From a virus: a DNA stretch of 17,604 nt. Made by a program: the position numbers and the translations under genes. The stretch lies in UHGV virus genome UHGV-0097368. One strand, given 5' to 3'. Positions 1 through 8,254 of the stretch are shown one piece after another (within the stretch, counting starts at the first letter, position 1; the number at the start of each line of letters is the position of its first letter). The notes under the pieces were generated by a model. The model was given only the letters and a program-made list of their open reading frames with translations. It was not told where the DNA came from and did not search any database.

Positions 1-60
1 TGACAGGCAGACGATGATGCAGATAACCAGAGCGGAGATAATCGCGGTTACTCTGCTCAT
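1..60 (-). CDS. Rz: Rz spanin, 5' end only (gene continues beyond window start)
   Basis: Minus-strand ATG at 58-60 overlaps the R stop (ATGA). Translation [20 protein letters not shown] matches the N-terminus of lambda Rz as I recall it. Confidence 0.8.
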   Translation of the reverse strand, partial: MSRVTAIISALVICIIVCLS

Positions 61-533
61 ACCTCAATCTCTCTGACCGTTCCGCCAGCTTCTTTGAATT
101 TTGCAATCAGGTTGTCAGCCTTATGCTCGAACTGACCATAACCAGCGCCCGGCAGTGAAGCCCAGATATTGCTGCAACGGTCGATTGCCTGACGAATATC
201 ACCGCGATCAATCATCGGTAAAGCGCCACGCTCTTTAATCTGCTGCAATGCCACAGCGTCCTGACTTTTGGGGGAGAAATCTTTCAGGCCAAGCTGCTTA
301 CGATAGGAATCCCACCAACGGGAAAGAAGCTGGTAGCGCCCGGCTGCTGTTGATTTGAGTTTTGGGTTTAGCGTGACCAGTTTGCGAGGGTGATCGGAGT
401 AATCAGTGAATAGCTCTCCGCCAACAATGACGTCATAACCATGATTTCTGGTTTTCTGTCGTCCGTTATCAGTTCCCTCTGACCACGCCAGCATATCGAG
501 GAACGCCTTACGTTGATTATTGATTTCCACCAT
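57..533 (-). CDS. R: Endolysin (lytic transglycosylase), lambda R type
   Basis: 158 aa [38 protein letters not shown]..., essentially the lambda R protein; sits directly downstream of the holin gene. Confidence 0.95.
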   Translation of the reverse strand: MVEINNQRKAFLDMLAWSEGTDNGRQKTRNHGYDVIVGGELFTDYSDHPRKLVTLNPKLKSTAAGRYQLLSRWWDSYRKQLGLKDFSPKSQDAVALQQIKERGALPMIDRGDIRQAIDRCSNIWASLPGAGYGQFEHKADNLIAKFKEAGGTVREIEV

Positions 534-840
534 CTTCTACTCCGGCTTTTTTAGCAGCGAAGCGTTTGATAAGCGAACCAATCGAGTCAGTACCGATGTA
601 GCCGATGAACACGCTCGTTATATAAGCGAGATTGCTACTTAATCCGGCGAAGTCGAGAAGGTCACGAATGAACCAGGCGATAATGGCGCACATCGTTGCG
701 TCGATTACTGTTTTTGTAAACGCACCGCCATTATACCTGCCGCGAAGGTACGCCATTGCAAACGCAAGGATTGCCCCGATGCCTTGTTCCTTTGCCGCGA
801 GAATGGCGGCTAACAGGTCATGTTTTTCTGGCATCTTCAT
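517..840 (-). CDS. S: Holin/antiholin S (S107/S105 dual start)
   Basis: 107 aa ORF beginning [39 protein letters not shown]..., lambda S type; Met1-Lys2-Met3 dual-start motif is present. Confidence 0.95.
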   Translation of the reverse strand: MKMPEKHDLLAAILAAKEQGIGAILAFAMAYLRGRYNGGAFTKTVIDATMCAIIAWFIRDLLDFAGLSSNLAYITSVFIGYIGTDSIGSLIKRFAAKKAGVEDGGNQ

Positions 841-1130
841 GTCTTACCCCCAATAAGGGGATTTGCTCTATTTAATTAGGAATAAGGTCGATTACTGATA
901 GAACAAATCCAGGCTACTGTGTTTAGTAATCAGATTTGTTCGTGACCGATATGCACGGGCAAAACGGCATGAGGTTGTTAGCGCAGCCTCTTGCCACCCG
1001 CTTTCACGAAGCCAGCCATTGCGCTGGTTTTCTTTTATGCAAAGCACACCGCACCGTAGCCACAGCGGATAAGGTGATTATTTTTGTCTGTCTGGTATTT
1101 GGCTTGATGTGCTTTCAGAAAGGCCGTGCT

Positions 1131-1167
1131 TAAAACGCAAAAAGCCCCGAGCTATTAACTCAGGGCT
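1131..1167 (-). terminator. Intrinsic terminator in the late leader, about 30-60 nt downstream of the PR' start
   Basis: On the minus-strand RNA: AGCCCUGAG-UUAAU-AGCUCGGGGCU (9-bp stem with one G-U) followed by UUUUUGCGUUUU. Confidence 0.7.
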
Positions 1168-1202
1168 TTATTTAACGAGTGCATTTATCCATCGTTGAGT
1201 CA

Positions 1203-1231
1203 AATTTACCCAATTTTATTCAATAAGTCAA
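1203..1231 (-). promoter_or_regulatory. Late promoter PR' (with overlapping Q-utilisation region)
   Basis: Minus strand reads TTGACT-17 bp-TAAATT immediately downstream of Q; same hexamers and context as lambda PR'. Confidence 0.8.
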
Positions 1232-1273
1232 TATCATGCCGTTAATATGTTGCCATCCGTGGCAATCATGCTG

Positions 1274-1897
1274 CTAACGTGTGACCGCATTCAAAATGTT
1301 GTCTGCGATTGACTCTTCCTTGTGGCATTGCACCACCAGAGCGTCATACAGCGGCTTAACAGTGCGTGACCAGGTGGGTTGGGTAAGGTTTGGGATTAGC
1401 ATCGTTACAGCGCGATATGCTGCGCTTGCTGGCATCCTTGAATAGCCGACGCCTTTGCATCTTCCGCACTCTTTCTCAACAACTCTCCCCCACAGCTCTG
1501 TTTTGGCAATATCAACCGCACGGCCTGTACCGTGACAATCTCTGCATCTTGCGCCCGGCGTCGCGGCACTACGGCAATAATCCGCATAAGCGAATGTTGC
1601 GAGCACTTGCAGTACCTTTGCCTTAGTATTTCCTTCAAGCTTTGCCACACCACGGTATTTCCCCGATACCTTGTGTGCAAATTGCATCAGATAGTCGATA
1701 GCCTTTTGTTTGTCGTTCTGGCTGAGTTCATGCTTACCGCAGAATGCAGCCATTCCGAATCCGGCTTGTGATTGCGCCATCCCCATAGCAGCCATCACAT
1801 CAGTACCGGAAAGAGAGTCAGAAGCCGTGGCCCGTGGTGAGTCGCTCATCATCGGGCTTTTTGGCGAGTGAAATTTAGCTACGCTTTCGAGTCTCAT
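1274..1897 (-). CDS. Q: Late-gene antiterminator Q
   Basis: 207 aa [32 protein letters not shown]..., lambda Q type. Confidence 0.95.
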   Translation of the reverse strand: MRLESVAKFHSPKSPMMSDSPRATASDSLSGTDVMAAMGMAQSQAGFGMAAFCGKHELSQNDKQKAIDYLMQFAHKVSGKYRGVAKLEGNTKAKVLQVLATFAYADYCRSAATPGARCRDCHGTGRAVDIAKTELWGRVVEKECGRCKGVGYSRMPASAAYRAVTMLIPNLTQPTWSRTVKPLYDALVVQCHKEESIADNILNAVTR

Positions 1898-2558
1898 CGT
1901 CTTCTCCCTGTACCTGAATCAATGTGAGGTTTCCGCAGAACACTGCGCCGGTATCTATATACATCTGGTTGGCAAACTTGAGTGGTTTCACTGCTGGCGT
2001 ATGACCAAAGATGAACGTGTCCGCTCCTTTGATTTCTTTCACGATCCCGTCTTGTGAGTTGCTGATTCGTTCGCGGTTCCAGATTACCTGCTGATGATCA
2101 ACTGGCTTTCCAAACTCGTATTCGTCACAGGGATAATCGGCGTGGCAGATGACATATTTTTTACCTTCGCTCACCAGTTCGATGATTAACGGAAGTTCAT
2201 CTGCTTTATGGGCAAGAGCTTTAGCCAGAATTTCTTTGTCGTAATCGAGATTAAAGAACCAGCCACCGCCATTAAACAGCCAGTGATTGACGTTTCCACG
2301 CTCTGATAAGCCATCAATCATCATTTGCTCATGGTTTCCACGTACAGCTCGGAACCAGGGGAATGTGATTAATTCCAGACATTCGACGTTCTCTGTACCG
2401 CGATCGACCAAATCGCCAACCGAGATAAGCAGGTCTTTTTTGGTGTCGAATCCTATCGTCTCCAGTTTTTTCATCAGGTTCGTGTAGCATCCGTGCAGAT
2501 CGCCAACTACCCAAATATTTCGGTATTTGCTGCCATCAATTCTTTCGTAATAGCGCAT
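1875..2558 (-). CDS. ninI: Ser/Thr protein phosphatase NinI (lambda PPase)
   Basis: Starts [25 protein letters not shown]; GDLVDRG and GNHE metallophosphatase motifs; ATG at 2558 preceded by GGAG. The ORF-track N-terminal extension is probably not translated. Confidence 0.9.
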   Translation of the reverse strand: MRYYERIDGSKYRNIWVVGDLHGCYTNLMKKLETIGFDTKKDLLISVGDLVDRGTENVECLELITFPWFRAVRGNHEQMMIDGLSERGNVNHWLFNGGGWFFNLDYDKEILAKALAHKADELPLIIELVSEGKKYVICHADYPCDEYEFGKPVDHQQVIWNRERISNSQDGIVKEIKGADTFIFGHTPAVKPLKFANQMYIDTGAVFCGNLTLIQVQGEDDETRKRS

Positions 2559-2742
2559 CTCTTTCACTCCATCCGCGATGAACCATGAGAACGTCGTTGA
2601 CGATGGCGTGCATTTTCCCGTCTTTATCATCAACGTATTTTCTTACCGTGCCGCGACTACATTTCAGTCTGCGTGCTACTTCTGTCTGGTTTCCGTATGC
2701 TTCAACGAGCATGTCTGGAATGGTTTTTACTGAGAACGTCAT
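2536..2742 (-). CDS. ninH: NinH
   Basis: 68 aa [36 protein letters not shown]..., lambda NinH type; ATGA overlap with the ninG stop. Confidence 0.9.
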   Translation of the reverse strand: MTFSVKTIPDMLVEAYGNQTEVARRLKCSRGTVRKYVDDKDGKMHAIVNDVLMVHRGWSERDALLRKN

Positions 2743-3350
2743 GCGGCCTCACTTCTGCTATTTCGCAGGTCTTTGAGTTTCTGTTGGTACTCTGCCTTGA
2801 TCGCCTTGCACTCTTCGATAGTCCAGCGATGGCGGCTATGGTTTGATTCGATTTCGTCTACTGCTTCCTGCCCGATGCGGTTAATCAGTTCGACGCGATA
2901 CGGAACGAGATTTCCGCTTTTGTGCTGGTTGCACACCACGCATTGCTTGTGAATATTGCGTTCATCAAATCGGAGTTGAGGTGCCGCAGCAGTTGTCCGG
3001 TAATGTCCGGCATCCCACTGAGCAGACGTGAGCGTTCCGCACGAGATACATGGTAAGTCGCGGTCTCTTTCTCTGATGAAGGCGTTTACGGCTTGTTGGG
3101 CTTGTTTAATCCAGTAACTGCGGGGCTTTAAGGCGAGTTTTCGAATCTTAAGTTTATCTTTCTGTTTCTGCTCCTCTCGTCGTCGTTTCTTCTCTGCTGC
3201 CTTTTCCGCTTTTTCGCGTTCTTTGCTTCGTCGTTCGAGTGCTATCTTGGTTCCACACTCTGGAGAGCACCACCACTGATTGGCGAATGCAGGGTGAAAC
3301 CATTCCCGACATTCATCGTTTTTACATCGTCTTCGCGCTGGTTTAGCCAT
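2739..3350 (-). CDS. ninG: NinG (Rap) recombination endonuclease / Holliday-junction resolvase
   Basis: 203 aa [33 protein letters not shown]..., lambda NinG type with Cys clusters. Confidence 0.9.
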   Translation of the reverse strand: MAKPARRRCKNDECREWFHPAFANQWWCSPECGTKIALERRSKEREKAEKAAEKKRRREEQKQKDKLKIRKLALKPRSYWIKQAQQAVNAFIRERDRDLPCISCGTLTSAQWDAGHYRTTAAAPQLRFDERNIHKQCVVCNQHKSGNLVPYRVELINRIGQEAVDEIESNHSRHRWTIEECKAIKAEYQQKLKDLRNSRSEAA

Positions 3351-3513
3351 CGTCTTCTTCCTCGTACATTGAGCTATTCGGATCGCTCATCAGTTCTGCG
3401 CAGCAGTGCTCACACACGTGAACTTCCAGCACATGCAGCTTCTGACCGCAATTAGCGCACGTTAAAGCCCGCTCGACGCTTTCTTGTTCGTAACTTCGAT
3501 TTGGGTCAATCAC
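3343..3513 (-). CDS. ninF: NinF
   Basis: Sequence [37 protein letters not shown] matches lambda NinF. GTG start at 3513 is coupled to the ninE stop (GTGA) with GAGGA upstream; an alternative ATG at 3555 would give 70 aa. Confidence 0.75.
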   Translation of the reverse strand: MIDPNRSYEQESVERALTCANCGQKLHVLEVHVCEHCCAELMSDPNSSMYEEEDDG

Positions 3514-3692
3514 CTTGTATTCCTCGCACGATGTCTTAGCCACCGGATATCCCACAGGTGAGCCGTGTAGTTGAAGGTTTTTACGTCAGATTCTTTTGGG
3601 ATTGGCTTGCGTTTATTTCTGGAGCGTTTCGTTGGAAGGTATTTGCAGTTTTCGCAGATTATGTCGGTGATACTTCGTCGCTGTCTCGCCAC
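3510..3692 (-). CDS. ninE: NinE
   Basis: 60 aa [39 protein letters not shown]..., lambda NinE type; GTG start preceded by AGGAGG. Confidence 0.85.
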   Translation of the reverse strand: MARQRRSITDIICENCKYLPTKRSRNKRKPIPKESDVKTFNYTAHLWDIRWLRHRARNTR

Positions 3693-3829
3693 ACGTCCTC
3701 CTTTTCCTGCGGTAGTGGTAACACCCCTGTTGGTGTTCTTTCACATCGGAGACACCATCGATTCCAGTAAGGTTGATTTGGTCGGAAGCGGTTATCTTCT
3801 TTGCATTCACCGCACCGATAACATCGCAT
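3659..3829 (-). CDS. ninD: NinD-position small Cys-rich protein (56 aa)
   Basis: Not in the ORF track (<60 aa). Hand translation: [59 protein letters not shown] overlaps the ninC stop (ATGA); size and position match lambda ninD. Confidence 0.7.
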   Translation of the reverse strand: MRCYRCGECKEDNRFRPNQPYWNRWCLRCERTPTGVLPLPQEKEDVWRDSDEVSPT

Positions 3830-4701
3830 CATGCAGCTTCCCTCCCGAAGTCGAAATCAAGCTGCCCTCCAAATATTTCGCATGACTCAGAACAAGAGCC
3901 GGTATCGAATCTTTTAGCTCGTACCATGTCCTGATACAGGGCTTGATAATCATTTTCTGAATACATTTTCGCGATACCGTCCAGCGACATTCTTCCTCGG
4001 TACATAATCTCCTTTGGCGTTTCCCGATGTCCGTCACGCACATGGGATCCCGTGATGACCTCATTAAAAACACGCTGCAATCCCTCCTCATCTTTGCAGG
4101 CAAGTCCGATTTTTTGCGTTGATTTTTTAATGCAGAATATGCAGTTACCGAGATGTTCCGGTATTTGCAAATCGAATGGTTGTTGCTTCCACCATGCGAG
4201 GATATCTTCCTTCTCAAAGTCTGACAGTTCAGCAAGATATCTGATTCCAGGCTTTGGCTTTAGCCGCTTCGGTTCATCAGCTCTGATGCCAATCCACGTG
4301 GTGTAATTCCCTCGCCCGAAATGGTCATCACAGTATTTGGTGAAGGGAACGAGTTTTAATCTGTCAGTGCAGAACGCGCCGCCGACGTATGGAGTGCCAT
4401 ATTTCTTTACCATATCGATAAATGGCTTCAGAACAGGCATTCGCGTCTGAATATCCTTTGGTTCCCATACCGTATAACCATTTGGCTGTCCAAGCTCCGG
4501 GTTGATATCAACCTGCAATACGGTGAGCGGTATATCCCAGAACTTCACAACTTCCCTGACAAACCGATATGTCATTGGATGTTCACAACCTGTATCCATG
4601 AAAACGTAATGCACGTCTTCACCTTCCCGTCGCTTTTGCTCCATTAGCCAGAGCAAATATGCTGACGTCCTGCCACCTGAGAAACTAACGACATTTATCA
4701 T
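3829..4701 (-). CDS. ninC: NinC (PAPS-reductase-like fold)
   Basis: 290 aa from [22 protein letters not shown]..., lambda NinC type; ATG at 4701 overlaps the stop of the upstream methyltransferase gene (ATGA). Confidence 0.9.
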   Translation of the reverse strand: MINVVSFSGGRTSAYLLWLMEQKRREGEDVHYVFMDTGCEHPMTYRFVREVVKFWDIPLTVLQVDINPELGQPNGYTVWEPKDIQTRMPVLKPFIDMVKKYGTPYVGGAFCTDRLKLVPFTKYCDDHFGRGNYTTWIGIRADEPKRLKPKPGIRYLAELSDFEKEDILAWWKQQPFDLQIPEHLGNCIFCIKKSTQKIGLACKDEEGLQRVFNEVITGSHVRDGHRETPKEIMYRGRMSLDGIAKMYSENDYQALYQDMVRAKRFDTGSCSESCEIFGGQLDFDFGREAA

Positions 4702-5228
4702 GCAGCCCTCCTGACACCCTGCCCGATCGCCATCAATGCCGCTTTGGATACGGTAGTAAACATCCGTCGAGGACTGATGAATGGTCGCCAAATCAGCAGC
4801 ATGGAGCCTTTGCTGTTTCCCTTCTTCTCCAGCCCCGTCGATGGTTCGATAAAATTAATCCGTCCATCAGTGATAATGCGAACTTCGTCAACACTCTCCA
4901 GAGCCTTGCTGAACCATCCGACAGACATATCCTCTGGCACAAGCATCACTACCGGCTGTCGCTGTTGTATGCACTGCTCAGCGGCTTTTTCCACCCACGG
5001 CCTGATATTGCTGTACGGTGGGTTATTCCAGATTGCACCGTGGCTTATCCACTCAGAATTTAGCGCGTCGTCAGCCTCAGTTAGCCAGTGAGCGCACAGA
5101 GCATTTTTGTCGCTCGCTGCCGAATCCAGCCAGAATCCAAACTCAATATCCAGTGCATCAAAAAGCCAAAGCGGCGTTTGCCAGCAGTCTCTAACTTCTT
5201 TTGGTGTTTCTGATTTATGCTTAATCAT
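4698..5228 (-). CDS. Phage Dam-family DNA N6-adenine methyltransferase (orphan)
   Basis: 176 aa with CWQTP...FDALD...F.LD.AA and a NPPY catalytic motif typical of the phage N6-adenine MTase family; ATGA overlaps on both sides. Confidence 0.8.
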   Translation of the reverse strand: MIKHKSETPKEVRDCWQTPLWLFDALDIEFGFWLDSAASDKNALCAHWLTEADDALNSEWISHGAIWNNPPYSNIRPWVEKAAEQCIQQRQPVVMLVPEDMSVGWFSKALESVDEVRIITDGRINFIEPSTGLEKKGNSKGSMLLIWRPFISPRRMFTTVSKAALMAIGQGVRRAA

Positions 5229-5752
5229 TCAACCCTCGCATATTGTCCGTGATATTTGTTGATAGCCTCACTGGCAACCAAACCAGCAAGCTCAAGATCT
5301 TCATAGAACCCAAAATGCAACCGGCCAAAATCTGTGCGCACTTGAACGGCCCATTTATTTTTTTGCTTGTTCCATAAAACATTTTTTATTCCAGAACGGC
5401 TATTGCACTTAGTTTTCTGATTTCGGCTGTTTGCTATCCGGCTTGCCTCCCTAAGATTTTTTGGGGAATTGTCCAGCCTGTTTCCGTTAATATGGTCAAT
5501 ATTTTTCAATGGCATTCTTTTGTTGTGCAGCGCAAAAACAACTACGTGAACAAACATCTGAATGCCTGCAAAACACACCTGTCTATACCCAGATCCATTT
5601 ATCGATGTTTTAATTTCATCTCCGGCCCGGTGGCTGTGGTTGGGGTGTTTTAGCGAGTCCTTTTTGTACCTGACTGTATCTCCGTCTAAATACAGATAAT
5701 CCTCAATAAGCCGATACCTATCTGACGCTGGCGTATTTGATTTGATAGTCAT
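5225..5752 (-). CDS. HNH homing endonuclease with C-terminal AP2-like DNA-binding domain
   Basis: 175 aa from MTIKSNTPASDRY...; HNH_3-type motif HVVVFALHNKRMPLKNIDHINGNRLDNSPKNLREASRIANSRN; C-terminal WNKQKNKWAVQVRTDFGRLHFGFYEDLELAG is AP2-like. Visibly more AT-rich than the flanks. Confidence 0.8.
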   Translation of the reverse strand: MTIKSNTPASDRYRLIEDYLYLDGDTVRYKKDSLKHPNHSHRAGDEIKTSINGSGYRQVCFAGIQMFVHVVVFALHNKRMPLKNIDHINGNRLDNSPKNLREASRIANSRNQKTKCNSRSGIKNVLWNKQKNKWAVQVRTDFGRLHFGFYEDLELAGLVASEAINKYHGQYARVE

Positions 5753-6189
5753 GCAGCCCGATCTCCCCATCTCGCTTTCCACTCCAGAGCCAGTCTCGCT
5801 TCGTCTGACCACTTAACGCCACGCTCTGTACCGAATGCCTGTATAAGCTCTAATAGATCCGCAAATTCGCTTACACGCATCCTGCTGGTTGACTGGCCTA
5901 TTACCACAAAGCCATTCCCGGCAAGGTTAGGAACAACATCCTGCTGCTTTAATGCTGCGGTAAACACACACTTCCAGCTTTCTGCATCCAGCCAGCGACC
6001 ATGCCATTCAACCTGACGAGAGACGTCACCAAGGCAAGCCCAAAGCTTTCGATTCTGGTCTAAGCTGCGGTTGCGTTCCTGAATGGTTACTACGATTGGT
6101 TTGGTTGGGTCTGGAAGGATTTGCTGTACTGCGTGAATAGCGTTTTGCTGATGTGCTGGAGATCGAATTTCAAAGGTTAGTTTTTTCAT
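5749..6189 (-). CDS. ninB: NinB (Orf-family recombination mediator)
   Basis: 146 aa from MKKLTFEIRSPAHQQNAIHAVQQILPDPTKPIVVTIQERN..., lambda NinB type. Confidence 0.9.
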   Translation of the reverse strand: MKKLTFEIRSPAHQQNAIHAVQQILPDPTKPIVVTIQERNRSLDQNRKLWACLGDVSRQVEWHGRWLDAESWKCVFTAALKQQDVVPNLAGNGFVVIGQSTSRMRVSEFADLLELIQAFGTERGVKWSDEARLALEWKARWGDRAA

Positions 6190-6204
6190 GACTTCCCTCT
6201 CCCC

Positions 6205-6237
6205 CAAATAAAAAGGCCTGCGATTACCAGCAGGCCT
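6205..6237 (-). terminator. Intrinsic terminator between the helicase gene and ninB (tR2-like position)
   Basis: Minus-strand RNA AGGCCUGC-UGGUAAUC-GCAGGCCU (perfect 8-bp stem) followed by UUUUUAUUU. Confidence 0.7.
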
Positions 6238-6266
6238 GTTACAAGCTCAGTGATGTAGATGGTCAT

Positions 6267-8147
6267 TTAATACTCCGTCACGTTTTCCTGTCGCCACGCC
6301 TCGTCATATTCCGATTTCGGCATATTGGCGATGTAGCTATAAGGCGATCCTGATTCAAGTTGCAGGAACTGGTGCGATTGCTCGTCAAGGAACAACGGGA
6401 CACCACCTTCCCAACCTTCGCCGTTACGTTGTTTTTCAAGCATCAAAACAGATGCCGGAGATGCCAGTAGCTGTTCGTCCTTCTCTGACATCTTTTCACC
6501 ACTCTGAACTCTCTGTAACGCTCTCTCGCGAGCCTTGTTACGCCAGATGATAAAAAGGTTGTCTGTCAGGTCTGTTATCGCTCCAGAGCCTTTTACGTCC
6601 ATTTTCCCGGTTGGTTTTTCTTCGCTATCTCCTTTTCTGGAGTGAGTAACGAGAATGACGTGGGAGTTTGTTTTGTTTTTGAAGTCACAAATCGAGTCAA
6701 CAAATGCTTTCTGCCCGTTATAGTCATCGTCACCTATGCCGCATTTCATCAGGCTGTCGATGATGAATAACTGGATGCCGTATCGGCGGCGAGCGTAGTC
6801 GAATATTTCGATCAGCCTGTCGGCTTTCGCCGTTCCAGTCAGGCCAAACACCCAAAGTCTTTCGTCATAAAATTTAAATGCAGAGTCAATTTCCAGCACT
6901 GGCGGCATCTTGCAGCACGTCGCCTGACGGGTAAGGCGCTTAAGGAGAATACCAGGCTTCAGCTCAAGTGACGCGATGCACGTCTTCACACCCTGACGCA
7001 TTGCCTCAAGTGCCATATGCCCGACAACCTCCGTTTTTCCGTGACCGTTCACACCATTGACCAGCGTCAACTCGGCCTCACGAAACTGGAATTTATCTGC
7101 CAGAGATTCCCACGGTGGATTAAACAGATACTGCTGCTTGCCGTAGAAAGCGTTGATAGTGTCCTGGTAAAACTCTCGCGCGCTGTAGAGTTCTTCAGGA
7201 TCAAAGTAGGATGCCGTGCCGATGTACTGCCAGATTTCATCCTCGGTAACACCGTTCATCAGGCATTCGTTGATGTCTTTGTACGGCAGAGTAACAAGAC
7301 GGCAACGATGTTCACCGAGTCGGCTTGCGATTTCCCCTGCGGCTTCACGACCAACATCATCAACGTCCATCGAGATGAATATTTCCTCAAACCTGTCGAG
7401 GTTGTGATACTCAAACTCAATCCACTGTTGCTTAGCGCCTTTCCCGCCACCAAACGGCACGGATAACGCCGAGATGCCGTATTGCGCATAGCTCATACAA
7501 TCAATTTCGCCTTCGCAAAGTACAACCGCCCTCACGCCAGCGTCCAGAGCCTGCCATCCGAACAGACAAGGTTCGCAATCACCTTCTGCCATAATGACTT
7601 TCTTCCCGTCCGGGCGCTCAGTGCTGATTCGCTTGACCTGCAACAACTCACCATCGCGTTTGTACGGAAGCACCAGTGCATCAAGTTCTCGTTCTCCATT
7701 CCACACCTTGCCGCTGACAACCTCGTAGCGCTTTACGACTTCTGGCGATATGCCACGCGATTGCAGGTACTCAAGATGGGATTCTGTTCTGGTAACGTAG
7801 CGGGCGATTTTCTTGCGATCAGGTCTGGAGAATTTTTTCTCACGTTTGGCATCGAAATGGTGATCGTCATCCTTGATACCGAGAAATGCTTTCGCTTCCT
7901 GCATAGCCTGATGCAGGTTAATTCCACGACATGCCATCCACAAATCAAGCATGTCACCGCCGTCTCCCTCAGCGAAATCAGCCCATTTTTTCTTGCCGCT
8001 AAGGTTGACCTTAAGGCTGTTTCCCTTGTCACCATTGACGTTACCGGCAACCCACTCATGCCCCTCTTTCTTGCCGTTTGGCAACAGGTGCGGAGCCACC
8101 CTGTCAACCTGCGCCCAAAGCAGGTCGCTAAGTTCACTTGGCGTCAT
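6267..8147 (-). CDS. Bifunctional DNA primase-helicase (Toprim primase plus DnaB/gp4-like RecA-fold helicase)
   Basis: 626 aa; Toprim-like VVLCEGEIDCMSYAQYG; Walker A GVNGHGKTEVV and Walker B LFIIDSL; N-terminal zinc-ribbon-like segment without the usual cysteines. Confidence 0.85.
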   Translation of the reverse strand: MTPSELSDLLWAQVDRVAPHLLPNGKKEGHEWVAGNVNGDKGNSLKVNLSGKKKWADFAEGDGGDMLDLWMACRGINLHQAMQEAKAFLGIKDDDHHFDAKREKKFSRPDRKKIARYVTRTESHLEYLQSRGISPEVVKRYEVVSGKVWNGERELDALVLPYKRDGELLQVKRISTERPDGKKVIMAEGDCEPCLFGWQALDAGVRAVVLCEGEIDCMSYAQYGISALSVPFGGGKGAKQQWIEFEYHNLDRFEEIFISMDVDDVGREAAGEIASRLGEHRCRLVTLPYKDINECLMNGVTEDEIWQYIGTASYFDPEELYSAREFYQDTINAFYGKQQYLFNPPWESLADKFQFREAELTLVNGVNGHGKTEVVGHMALEAMRQGVKTCIASLELKPGILLKRLTRQATCCKMPPVLEIDSAFKFYDERLWVFGLTGTAKADRLIEIFDYARRRYGIQLFIIDSLMKCGIGDDDYNGQKAFVDSICDFKNKTNSHVILVTHSRKGDSEEKPTGKMDVKGSGAITDLTDNLFIIWRNKARERALQRVQSGEKMSEKDEQLLASPASVLMLEKQRNGEGWEGGVPLFLDEQSHQFLQLESGSPYSYIANMPKSEYDEAWRQENVTEY

Positions 8148-8251
8148 GATTCCCTCAGATTGAGATTTTTAAACCAGAAATCGACAAACGAAATACTTAA
8201 CCAGCCGTGGTTATAACCAGCAACCAGTAGCGATTTGATTTTTGATTTCAT
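8144..8251 (-). CDS. Small coupled ORF (35 aa) between the initiator and primase-helicase genes
   Basis: Hand translation MKSKIKSLLVAGYNHGWLSISFVDFWFKNLNLRES; starts 4 nt after the O-like stop with AGGTG upstream; its TGA overlaps the helicase ATG (ATGA). No homolog recognised. Confidence 0.3.
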   Translation of the reverse strand: MKSKIKSLLVAGYNHGWLSISFVDFWFKNLNLRES

Positions 8252-8254
8252 GGT

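Noticed and set aside
855-935. Interleaved inverted repeats (ATTACT / GAACAAATC ... AGTAAT / GATTTGTTC) upstream of S
   Set aside because: As far as I recall this is the same sequence as the lambda late leader upstream of S, so it is ordinary lambda late-mRNA structure rather than a mobile-element end or novel site.
632-1133. Plus-strand ORFs 632-856 and 936-1133 in the S gene and late-leader region
   Set aside because: The first is antisense to S; the second overlaps the late leader and terminator region, lacks a Shine-Dalgarno and uses a weak start; no support as genes.
1390-1771. Several ORFs (1390-1626, 1405-1680, 1532-1771) nested in the Q gene
   Set aside because: Alternative frames of the well-supported Q coding sequence; no independent evidence.
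3807-4235. Minus-strand 142 aa ORF and plus-strand ORFs 3558-3885 and 4052-4306 in the ninC-ninE region
   Set aside because: They overlap ninC, ninD and ninE in alternative frames; the nin genes account for the coding capacity.
4698-5752. HNH endonuclease plus adjacent methyltransferase as a type II restriction-modification system
   Set aside because: The nuclease is of the HNH_3/AP2 homing type rather than a restriction endonuclease fold, and the MTase belongs to the phage orphan Dam-like family; gene order and coupling to nin genes fit homing-endonuclease insertion better than an R-M cassette.
6190-6266. A 25 aa hydrophobic minus-strand ORF (MTIYITELVTGLLVIAGLFIWGRGKS) bridging the helicase stop and the ninB start
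   Set aside because: Its sequence is almost entirely the stem and U-tract of the tR2-like terminator hairpin; the hydrophobic composition is a by-product of GC stem plus T-run, so I treat it as a terminator, not a gene.
7482-8216. Plus-strand 244 aa ORF and several shorter ORFs (7017-7466, 7733-8137, 7951-8163 and others) inside the primase-helicase region
   Set aside because: They lie antisense to or out of frame within a well-supported 626 aa gene, have no ribosome-binding sites and have low-complexity Ser/Leu/Arg-rich translations typical of spurious frames.
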